Assembly: GCF_018977255.1 (NCBI RefSeq)
Contig: NW_024704743.1
Coordinates: forward strand, 97,652,001 to 97,716,000
Length of the DNA stretch: 64,000 nucleotides
Direction of reading: 5' to 3'
From: Callorhinchus milii
Taxonomy: Eukaryota
Position numbers and translations under genes: made by a program. The notes beneath the pieces were generated by a model that was not told where the DNA came from, did no database searches, and was given only the letters and a program-made list of their open reading frames with translations. Of the stretch, positions 1 through 18,243 are shown piece after piece (positions within the stretch are counted from its first letter, which is position 1; the number at the start of each line of letters is the position of its first letter).

Positions 1-6957
<6,957 letters not shown>

Positions 6958-7476
6958 AAAGTAGTATCTTTTTAACTATCAGTGATCTGCTCACTCAATC
7001 AGAGACCTAGATTGCATGGAGGTTGATTACCTTATCTGAGCTATGTTGTAATGATGAAGAAATAACCTACTCAACATTGCCACTATCACTCTTTTTTGAT
7101 CAAAACCAATTTCTAATGGTGGTATTTCATTTAATGGACTTGTTGAAAAACAATAAGGCTGTGCAAATTTCTTTGGGAATCAGTGCGAAGTAGTGGCAGA
7201 TTGATATCAATAAACAGAATGTACTTTACAAGCCAATCTTATGCTTTCTTTCAAAACTATGTTCCATGTTTATCAACCAAGACTACTGGAGAGATGAATG
7301 TAAAATCAAAAAGTTTTATATAGGCTTTAGTATTGTTTTTATTTTGTCAAACCAAGTGTTGGGGTACTGCTGGAATTAAACCAGCAAAAGATGTCATTGA
7401 AAGCACTGAAAGCATACATGTGTCAGACTGATAAAAAAATAAATCACAACTTTGGATAACTATTTTCTTTGCAACG

Positions 7477-7492
7477 AATAAAAACTAATAAA
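7477..7492 (+). terminator. Candidate OC90 polyadenylation signals (two AATAAA)
   Basis: AATAAA at 7477-7482 and 7487-7492, about 520 nt after the stop, followed by G/T-rich sequence. Confidence 0.45.
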
Positions 7493-8540
7493 GATTTAGT
7501 GGGGTTTAATTTACAGGATTATGTAATAAGGAGTGTGTCAGACAAAAGGTAACCAGATGTATGTTATGCTGACCAGTGGGAACTCTGTGAAACGTTGTGT
7601 TTCCATTGTACCATGCTTGCAGATTGACAGGAATGCGATTACAAAATACTGTAAATTAGATTTAATATCTATTACCTGAGCTGAATGGGTCTGCACGACT
7701 GTTCAAATTGACCTGTTAGCGCTCGCCATGATAGAAATATCATTGTAAAATGGGATTACTCATCTCATCCCATTCACAACTGATACCACTGCAAGCCAAT
7801 GCGCTAATTAGGGATATCCAACTGGACAAGCAACAGGAAAGTTACCATGTCTCTCATTGGTAAATTGCATGGTTTCAGCTGGTTCAATTCTAACAATACC
7901 CAAGTGGCCATTTTAAATTACAATCACACATATGTTCTCCAGGAGAGTACTGGCAATCAACTCTACTTCTTTGTGTTCTCAGCTGATCAAAATACACAGC
8001 TTCTTATCACTTGAAATATCTCAGCATGCTTCACACATTGAGTTACTTTGTAGTGTGACAGTTGTCTTCCATTCAATTCCTAATGGAGTAGCTTTGAACT
8101 TGATACCATTTGATACCATTTGGCAGGACATTTCTCTCTCAACTGCACCCTTCATAACATGCACCAATCTCTTAGTGATATTGGATCTCTATAATATCTG
8201 CCTGACTGGATACTCTTAACTTCTGCCGTGTGGAAAGAGTCGCATTTGAATCCGGGTGTGACTTGAGCAGAATGTTTAATTAAGAGCTGTAAGCATTCAT
8301 TGATATCAGCTTCCACATTATCCACCTACATCATAGCCACTTCATGACTGGTTGTGGGACATCACTGTGCATGAATTGGCTGTTTCTACAAATTCACAAT
8401 TGTTGTGATAAATTGCAGGTTTCTGAAGGAATAAAATGGTCAATGACAGAGGCTGAAAGCCTAACCCTGTTTTAAAAGAATGCAATATCTGTGATCTTGA
8501 CAGATGGTAGCATCGCCTAAACTGGTTTGATTGCAAAATA

Positions 8541-8944
8541 TAATAATAATCCTTGCATTTAATATAGCACCTTATCACGTCTTTGAGACATCTCTAAACG
8601 CTTCACAGAATACACTGCAAAGTGAATTGACTGTATATTTTGTGGGTAATGAGATGCTAAACCATGACTGTGGGCGAAATGCAGCAGGCAATTGCACATA
8701 GCAGTGTTCCACAAATAGTCGTGGATTGAGTGACCAATTCATTATTATTAATTTTTTTTGAAGGAATTATTATCCCCGGAAAAGCGATCCGCCAATCAGC
8801 TAACAACCGGGTTCCTACTTACTGCTAGGTAAACAGAGGTGTATGGAGTAAGGCAACGAGCCCAAGGTTTCGCTCTGCCAGGAATCAAACCCAGGCCTCT
8901 CGCTTGCGAGGAGAGTGCTCTAACCACTGAGCTACAGGACTCCA
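8541..8944 (-). mobile_element. tRNA-derived SINE (long variant)
   Basis: Complete from head to (TAA)n tail. Confidence 0.9.
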
Positions 8945-9445
8945 GTCTTGTATATATAGTATCTGTGACTATAGTCACTACACTATAAATTAAATTTTGC
9001 AAAGCAAAATGATAGGAGGATAAACTCTGTCCCTGCTTACCATGGTTATTGTCGCTCAACCTACATGTAAAGCAGAATGTTTTTTTGTACCTAGGTTGAA
9101 AAAAGGTGTCTCAATCAAGGGAGCGAACAAGGACTAGACTCCAAATAGGCTTGTTTGAAGTTGCAGCCCTAACTGCTAATTAGGCACCAGCAAATGGCAG
9201 AGAGCACCAGTATATAGCTGGGAACTGGAGCGAAATAAAGGGGAATCTGTATGTAAAAAGGTAGAGTTTCCTTTTCAAAATAAACTTTTCTTTTTATTGA
9301 TAAAACCATTGTGCAAGTTTTGTTTTCTGGGTGCGACCCTCCTTCAAGTGCTTGGAGATGTTTCGTAACGATATTATGAGACACTATTACAAATGCAAGG
9401 ATTATTATTTATTACCAACAGCATCTTTGTATTGTAGGTGTTCCA

Positions 9446-9728
9446 TAATAATATAATAATCTTTGCATTTGATATAGACATTCACAGAATATACTGCAAA
9501 ATTAATTGACTGTAAATTTTGTGGGCAAAACGCAACAGCCAATTGCGCACAGCAGTGTCCCACGAGCAGTCGTTGATTGAGTGACCAAATTATTTTTGTT
9601 TTTTTTCTTGAGGGATTATTATCAGGCGTGTGGAGTAAGGAAATTTGTCCAAGGTTTCACCCTGCCGGGAATTGAACCCGTCTCTCACTTGTGAGGCGAG
9701 CACTCTAACCACTGAGCTACAGGACTCC
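9446..9728 (-). mobile_element. tRNA-derived SINE (short variant)
   Basis: Complete from head to tail with a small internal deletion. Confidence 0.9.
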
Positions 9729-11205
9729 TACACAACTGTGAAAAATCAACAATGGTTAGGAATCTGGCTGCAAAGGCATTGGAGAAATTCAAAGGTGGTC
9801 AGATTGAAAATAATTTAATGCAAAGTTCACCTTTTCTTATCTGGTTTCTGTCAGTGTCTGAGGCTGTCTGAGCCTTGGCCTCTTTCGAGAATTGAACCTC
9901 TGGTTGTAAAGGAACATCGGCCGAGTCAAAAAGCAATTAAATTAGCAATGTATGCATGTGGGGTTTGAAGCGAATCAGATTTTATAATTTAAATAGTGTT
10001 CTGTATTAAATTAAAGGTTAGGAGGAACCAAAACATTCGAGTTCTGCCTAGAGATCATAGATGAAGGAAACAATTTTTGGTAGCAGAGTTATTAGTCATT
10101 AATAAGTCTTTCTTTTCCCCAGACACTCTCTCTATACCTGCTGATCCATTCACACATGTTCAGTCCCTGACACTTCATACATTGAGTGATAAGGAATGAG
10201 AAAGTCCTAATATTCCTGGCAGTCGTTTTCTACAATTTCACAATTATGATAAGGAATAAAAAGGTTGAGAAGGTGAAAGCCTGGTCCTATTTTAAAAGAA
10301 TACCACACTTGTCATCTTAGACAGATGGTAGCATCACCTAAACTGGTTTTGAAAGATGGGTGTTTCTGCATTGAATTGATTTCAAAATTGATCATTCCCT
10401 TCATGGCTGTTTGGGAGATATTGCTGAGCGCAAATTGGCTGCCACATTTGCCTACAAATGTACTGTTGCTACACTTCACAGTAAAATCTTGTGAAGCACT
10501 TTTGAGACTTTTCAGCGACATGATAAGGTGTTAAATGCAACGATTGTTATTTATGGATCATTAATCCATTAATGATTTCTAAGTAACTAATGCTTTACAA
10601 TTTGTATTTAGATGGCAGATCATAGCATGAGGTGTGCTCCTTTGCCAAAGATAGCAGGAGTAATAATGAAGATCTGACACGAAGAAGTTTGATAAAAGAA
10701 TCAAAGTTTGGTGAAACTGTGATTTCATGATGGGCAATTGAAAAAGATTAATGATGGGTAGATTTTTCTGCCAACATTCGCTTTACATTGACTAAGCACT
10801 AAGTTATTTGCTGAGTCTTTTGAGGTAATTCAGTTTTATAATCATGATGTTTGTTTTTTCTCATGGAATGCAATTGGTAATAATTAACCAAGGTACATTT
10901 GCAGAAAATATTTGTAATAGGAGTAATTATTTTGATGCATAAAGTTTAAAACACTGATTAACAAACCTACACATGCACACAAAGGAGAATTAAAATCAAA
11001 TTGATCATTTATGGCAGTCTCAGTAGCACTGAGTCACACTTAATGCCCTATTGATAACAGACCAATGAGCCTAGTTTGACAGCATAGAACTCGACAAGGT
11101 ACTGCAGACTGGATTTTTTCACCTGGTTCCTCAAGTTAGAGGGTTAACTCTGAGGGTGGTCTGAGCTTGCTCTCAATGGCTTGCTGTGTGTTTTTTGCTG
11201 GTTAA

Positions 11206-12535
11206 ACTGGCGTGATCCGATCAGGAGGGCCTCAGTCTTGTTCACATTCAACTGTTGGAAATTTGCCCTCATCCAGGACTTGATATCCGACAGGCAGTCT
11301 GTCAGGACATCAGTCGTCCTGGAGTTGAGGGTGGAGGCAGAAAGATAGAGTTGGGTGTCATCCGCATACATATGGAAGTTGACTCCATGTCTGTGGATGA
11401 TGTCACCAAGGGGGAGCATGTAGATATTAAAGAGGAGGGCCAAGGACAGAGCCCTGGGGGACGCCAGTGCGGGGGATGGAGGAGAAACCGTTAGGAGGCA
11501 ATAAAGGGGAGACGGTGAGAAAGATAGGAATCAAACCAGGCAAGGGCAGGTCCGCAGCGATTAAGGAGAGGCGGTGTATGAGGATGGAGTTGTTGACAGT
11601 GTTGAAGGTGGCAGAGAGGTCGAGGAGGACAAGGAGGCAGAGGAAGCCCTGATCACAGATGTTCAGAATGTCATTAGTGACTTTGATCAGGGGTGTTTCC
11701 GTGCTGTGGGCAGCATGGAAGCCGGATTGGAGGGGTTCAAAGAGGGAATGGCGAGAAAGAAAGGAGTGGAGCTGGGACACAATGACTCGTTCCAGGACCT
11801 TGGAGAGGAATGGGAGGTTAGAGATGGGGCGGTAGCTGGAGAGTCGGGATAGGTCCAGGGAAGGTTTTTTCAGGATGGGGGGATGACAGCTGTTTTTAGG
11901 GGGGTTGGAATTGAACTGGTTGACAAGGAGAGGTTGATGATATCGGACAGGAGAGGGGCCAGAAGGTGGAGTTGGGAGATAAGCAGAGAGGTGGGGATGG
12001 GATCGAAGGAGCAGGTGGTGGGTTTGAGTTTGCGAACAATCGCGGAGAGGGAGGAGGGAGAGCTAAGATCGAAGGAGCATAGCGGAGATGGGTGGGGGTA
12101 GGTCATGAGGGAGAGGTGATGTGGAGCTGGCTGTGGACATGGCAGAGGTGGCTGAGTATATCCCCTCAATTTTGGTTTCGAGGAAATCCAGCATCTCCTC
12201 ACATTTGGGAGTTTGAAGAGAGGATGGACGAGGTATGGGAAGGTGGACGGAGGAGACGGTTTGTGATGGAAACGAGAAGCCGGGGGTTGTCCTTTGCCTC
12301 CAAGATAACCTTGGAGTAGGAGGATTCGGCAAAGGCAAGAGCGCAGCCGTAGATCTTGGTGTGGTGAAGCCAGATCTGCCGATGGACCGTTAGTTTGGAA
12401 TTGGTCCAGGTGCGTTCGACAGCTTGCACTTGTGCCTTGAGGGAACGGAGATGGCTGGTGTACCAGGGGGATTTACGGGAGTATGAGGCAGTTTGGGAGG
12501 TGAGGGGGGGAAAGGGACCAAAGGCTGGTACAATC
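11206..12535 (-). mobile_element. L2-clade LINE ORF2 fragment
   Basis: Minus-strand frames give [44 protein letters not shown] and YADDTQLY; no 3' tail. Confidence 0.92.
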
Positions 12536-12544
12536 AACAGATCT

Positions 12545-13369
12545 TGTAACAGAATAATACCATCGTAGATATCTCGAGTTCAATACTGTGTGTTTACAGC
12601 ACACAAACTTGATTCTTCATACTTTCAGTCTTCTTGCTTACAGCTTTCAATCTTCCATCTGATATCCTCAGTCTCAGTGTTTCTAGCTCTGTCTTCCATC
12701 TCCCGTATCCTTGTCTCCGCGACCCGAGATGGCCCCGTTCACAAAGTTAACGGAACTCTTATACCAATGCTCATCCAATCATGGTGCGGACATTAGACCA
12801 CCCGGTCGAAATCATGCCGGGTGTACATGAGCACCTCATGGGGTGTACGTGCCTCACACACATACACATTGTCCTTAAGACCCCTGTTATCTGATCTAAT
12901 TGTCTTTAGAGGATTGATCAGTTTAGGGCTGTATCTGGTGCTCATTATTTTGTGGTGTGGGATCATTAGTACATTTCTTTTAAGTGACTGGTTATTCCTT
13001 ATCCCGGGATGGTACCAAAGTCCTCTAGTTTAAGCATTAGTTTAAGCTTAAGTTAAACTTAAGTTAAGTTAAACTTAAGCTTAAGTTTAAGCTCATTAGT
13101 TGCTATTCTTGAGGGTTGCCTTTGGTCGCTTGGCAGGCCCTGTCAGAATCTAGCAACTTATTGCTAAGTCAAGATCCTGTGTCGACCAATACCTTGGACC
13201 GTTACCTCTGTGGGCTTGTTGTCATTTACTGATAAGAGGTGACCCCCTGCCCTTTTCCAAAGCTGTCCGTTATTCTTTCAAAAACAGAGGAAAAAAGATG
13301 TGTCCTATCCCATGCCAGTCAGTCCAGTTGCCCTCCACACTTAACTTAAAAGTTAACCCATTCACAACA
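12545..13369 (-). mobile_element. Probable solo LTR of a second, unrelated family
   Basis: About 825 bp bounded by TGTAAC..CACAACA; ATCT on the left and ATCT overlapping the terminal A on the right; no recognisable protein motifs. Confidence 0.5.
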
Positions 13370-15959
13370 TCTATTATGATTCTAGCAGTATACAAAAAAT
13401 GTATATTCTAACAATGTGAAGGGAGGAGCAGAGGGAGACTGTTGGGGAATCGAGGCAGGTGGAGGAAGAGGAGGGTTGAGCGGTAGTGGAGGGAAGGGGA
13501 CGGGGTCGGGAACATCTTGGGGAAGCAACTCGGGTCAATTGCGGCGGCCAACACACACTGAGACTCGGAGCGGACAGGAGTGTTCAGCGAGCCATGGTTA
13601 GCCCGCTGAGCTGGGCTGGTGAGGCTCGGTGAGTAGATGGGGCAGTGATGTCTTCCCCATGAGTCCCGGCCTCAAGATTCAAATGAGGCGGGTGGGATAC
13701 AGTCACGCGGCAGCTGGTTGTTGATTGGCTGAGCCCTCAAGAGAGTCGTGGATGGTGGTGCGGGCGCTGATGATGGTGCGGGTGCTGTTGGTGAGGACCA
13801 GCTGAGGCGATGGGTCCCTCGCGAGGCTAACAAAATAAATCAGTCACATTGTTTTTTGTTTGTAATCCAATTGGATTTCACAGCATTTTACCTTTAAATG
13901 TGCTAAATTGCAAGATAATATAGTTTGGTGTCAAATTTATACTGAAGCTGCAACCCTTTGTTTAGAATTAGCTCTAGAAGCTTGATCAACAGATCGGATG
14001 CACACCTTGCTCTTTCTTGGAAACGGATTTATATATTGTCAAAGATGATGATAATGTGTAAGATTAAGTGGCTGCTTTTGGGAAACATGAATAAGGCTGT
14101 AACTTTCATCAAGAACACGGTGCTGATCCAATTAAGGTATGACCAAGATCCATGGGACTAGGCACTGGAAGGTTATTAGCAGAGATGTAAAAATCAAACA
14201 AGATGGTCTTGTTGCTGTACCATTGGAAGCAGTGCACTGCTCATTCATTAATTCTTGCCTTTGAAAGGATTAGAGGTGAGTAAATAAGAGGATTCATAAC
14301 ATTCTGAGAAGCGACCAAGGACGTTGAGCTGGTCCTCTTTTGAAAGAGACCTTTAAGTTACTGAAAACTTTTTATGAAGCTGAATGCTTGCATTTGATAG
14401 AATAATGTCTTCTCACTTTAAAATGCATCCAGGCTCTTCGCACAATAGTTTAGCGAAATTACTTATGTAGCTAATTAGTGACTCATCTGCATAGAAACAT
14501 TCTATGAATAGCAATAGCCAACTAACTTTTTTTTGTGAATTTGGATGAGGAGGAAATATTGGTTTCCTACCCATTGAAACAGTGCTCATCAAATATTAGT
14601 GTCCAACAAAGCATAGCTGCAATGGTGAAATACTGAGATAAAGGTTGGCGTTTAGTATTCCAGCACTTCCTTATAATTGCCAAAGGTGTAAACTCAGGAG
14701 TATAGTAGGTGACAAAATATTTTAGTTTACATATGTAAACTTGTTACTTTACTTGTTTTGTAAACATTAGGTAACAAAATGCCCTAATTATTGCTGTACT
14801 CTCGATTTCTCTATCAGGATTTACTGATCTTTTGAAGACATTTCCTTCCTCCCCAAACTTAGAACCCCCCACCCCCACCCTTTAAAAACACCATCAAAAA
14901 ATATTTGACACATTAAATGGGTATATTTAGCTCTTTGTAATTATGCAACTTATACAACAGATTTAACATTTTCATGGAAGTTGACCAGGTCTAAATAGTG
15001 AACACGTGCTAAACAGTCAACAGATCTACCTGGATGTGAAACATTGCCTGACATCATCATAGTCCACTTTATCCAGCATGTACATGTTTCCAGCATACTA
15101 AACAGTGCGTACACATCCGATTGCAGCGCGTACACATCTAATCACAGTTTGAACTGAGCTTAAAAGCAGATCACCTTTAAGTTGAATATTTCCCTTGCCA
15201 AGGAATCACAACAAAGAACACAAGATTTCATGGAATTTCAAAACAGTACCTTTGGCACTGGCACAATTTACACCACCTCTATTTGCTGGGGACAAGTACA
15301 AGTAGTCTGCTCTCAAGTACAGTGAGTGGTCATTTAAAAGTGCTTAAACAAATTTTAAATCATCAATTACTAACATAAATGAAGAATTATCACCAATATA
15401 AACTGTTTACTATTCACATACCCAAACGGCCATGTTCATGGGTGATTATAATTCCGACATGCTTATTAAATTGGAATTACTATTTGTTTGGTTTTAAAAA
15501 TGAATGCACAAAGTGTTAACTAATGCAATTTTCTGTTAGTTGATTAATGTAATTTTCACTGATATACTGACATTCTTTTCACTAAACATAGCAGATTAAG
15601 ACAGAGGGATTCATCCAACATTTTCAAATATATATAACATTTTATGTTGCATGCAAAAATCTATATATTGAATCAACCCAAAATGAAGATTAGATGCTAG
15701 TTAGCCTAATTTAATTTGAGTTTCAATGAGGAAAAAAAGTCACATTACTTTGTGTCAGGAATTCTTAAAAACCATTCTGGCATCATAAACAAAATGTGTT
15801 TTGCTTAGTTTGATTTGAGACCACCCCCCCACCTCTCTAAAGAAAATGGCAATTGAATTTTATGGTATCTTGTTTTACCAGATTGATCTGTGAACTTTTA
15901 TGTGTTGTTTTAAAAAAAGGGTAGTCTTGCTTTGAGTACATTTTAATTCATAAATGTGG

Positions 15960-18137
15960 CTACTGTTGAGTGTAATACATTTATTTAATTTATTTATGAT
16001 TTTATGTTCATATTAATCCAGGGTATAGTTTTTTCTTTCAACATTCAAAAAAACATCTATGTGCCCAAAGTTTGCATGGTTGAAAAATATCTGGTGATAA
16101 TTTAACTTTCTAAAAGTACATTTAAAAACAATCTAATGCATAAATTCACATTTGTACACCGGTGGACAATGATCACAGATCCAACAATGTAAACATTTTT
16201 GTACAATGCACTTAAAACTGGAAATACCACTACCTATCTGTTCTGCAACTTACAAATATACAATGGTTACTGGAGCCCACATACAATTACAAAATCAATA
16301 GCTGGTTTCTTCTTGGAAAATGGGCTACATTGGGAATGAGACCAAATGGAAATAAGTTCAATTGGTAGCTGAAATGTATGAGATGATTGTTTAAGCAAAG
16401 ATTACTTTCATTAGTTGTGGTGCTGCAAACTCAAATTATTAAAATAAAATCTTAACAATATTAAGACACTTCCATGCTTTGCCAATTTCTCAAATAAATC
16501 ACACTTTGGCTTATGTAGATGTATATTTGATTCTGAATCATAATGCAGAAAAACATCAGAACCAAAGGTCTCTCTTTTTAAAAAAAATCAAATCTGAATC
16601 CATCTACAAAATAATTGTGATAAAACAAAAAAACGTATCTTGAAGCAAGTACAACACAGATCTGCAATCCACTGTCATACTTGGACATGGGTTTATTTGG
16701 TCAAACAGGGAGTTCTTAAATCTCAAGTGTGATCCTGGGAACAGGCCAATGCACTTTTCAGGGTCAAGACTCCACAAAGGGAAAAGAAAAAACTAATTTG
16801 TCTATAAAAATGTATATTATTCAAATCAACAAAATGAAAAATTCTTTCATATTGAAAATCAATCACTACAGCATGAATGGAACAATCACACACTCACATT
16901 GCATATTATTGATATGAAGCATTACTATGATCTGAAAACAGTTCTGCACCCTGTTCCTAGATTGCTTAAACCAACTATTTCTATATTATATTATCAGGTC
17001 AAATTAAATTATGGTACAATAAATGCAGTAAAATTTGGGTGGAAAGAAGCATAAATGCAGGGGATGGACATTCGCTAGGAACAGGAATCCTGTTTATAGA
17101 CCCTCTTGGAAAGTGCATGTGTGTGTAAAGCATGTGAGGGGGTCAGGCTTGGCTTTAATACCTATCATGGGGCAAGTAGTAGCCGACTTACTGTCAATTT
17201 CTAGATAAGCACATAGAATGGGAGGGGAGCAAGAAAAGCTGCACCCCAACCTCAAGATGTGTTAGCTGGAGAGTGTGGGGGGGAAGAGAATAAAAAAATA
17301 AGGCGAAGATACTCTATCTAATGCAAGGATTATATATATATATTAACACAACTAAGTTAAACGGTGCAATCGCAGGTAGGTTTGATAAATACCACTCTAA
17401 ATAGGATGGAATTTATTTTTTGTGTGTCTAATGTATGCTGATGTAGACATTACATTCAGTTTTCCTTGTACCGGGTGTGATTTCATAGGTGCCGGATGAT
17501 CTCCAGTACTTCGCACAAGTCCACGGTATTCATGCAAATTTAGACAATACTGATTTGTGGGATTCATTCTGCAATGTGATTACCTCAGCACAGAAATACA
17601 GAGTGAATACTGACTTACACCAAGATTCAGCTAATATAAATGAGCCGAAGCTACAACATTTACTAATAAGCGTAAACTTCCAACACTAATAGGAATGTTA
17701 TATAATCAAGAAACTATTGCATTGATAAGTTCTACTCTGTTTTATGTAAACTTCTGGAATTTTTTTAAAAAAAGCCAAATATTAATTTTGTTTATGGTTA
17801 TTTTCACCACTGGGAATGCTAATTTAACTGCTTATCCAACCGCTAAACACTTACTAGTGACAAATATCTCTTCAAAAGCTTCTACTTTTTTGTACAACAT
17901 GCATTTTTACACAGTATGACAATATACTGTAAAATTTGGTTCAGAAAATCCCAAGATATTTTTAATTGATTTGTTTAGTAGGAAGAAAAATTGTTCCGCC
18001 TTCTTAATATGAAATATAATCCATCAGTGGGAAACTAAATATTTGCATTATTTTGTCCTTTTCCTATATTTGGTGTTTATTTCGTTATTTGCCCATTCAG
18101 ATATAAAGGACAAAATGCCTGTGAACAAAACCAGTGG
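15960..18137 (-). other. EFR3A: Probable long AU-rich EFR3A 3' UTR (end uncertain)
   Basis: Largely repeat-poor AT-rich sequence after the stop; minus-strand AATAAA near 15980-15985 and 15989-15994 (another near 16692). Confidence 0.4.
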
Positions 18138-18243
18138 TTAATAAACGCAGAGGTCTGGGAATTTCATTTCATATACTGGGATTGAATGGTACTGAACATG
18201 GCCCCCTGCAACATTCACAGATCCAGATGGACTTGGAGGTGGT
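18138..18243 (-). CDS. EFR3A: EFR3A terminal coding exon ([19 protein letters not shown])
   Basis: Acceptor ctcccaacag; stop TAA at 18140-18138; characteristic EFR3 C-terminus. Confidence 0.96.

Noticed and set aside
13027..13092. CRISPR-like or prokaryotic repeat array
   Set aside because: No spacer structure and the context is eukaryotic; it is a short palindromic simple repeat.
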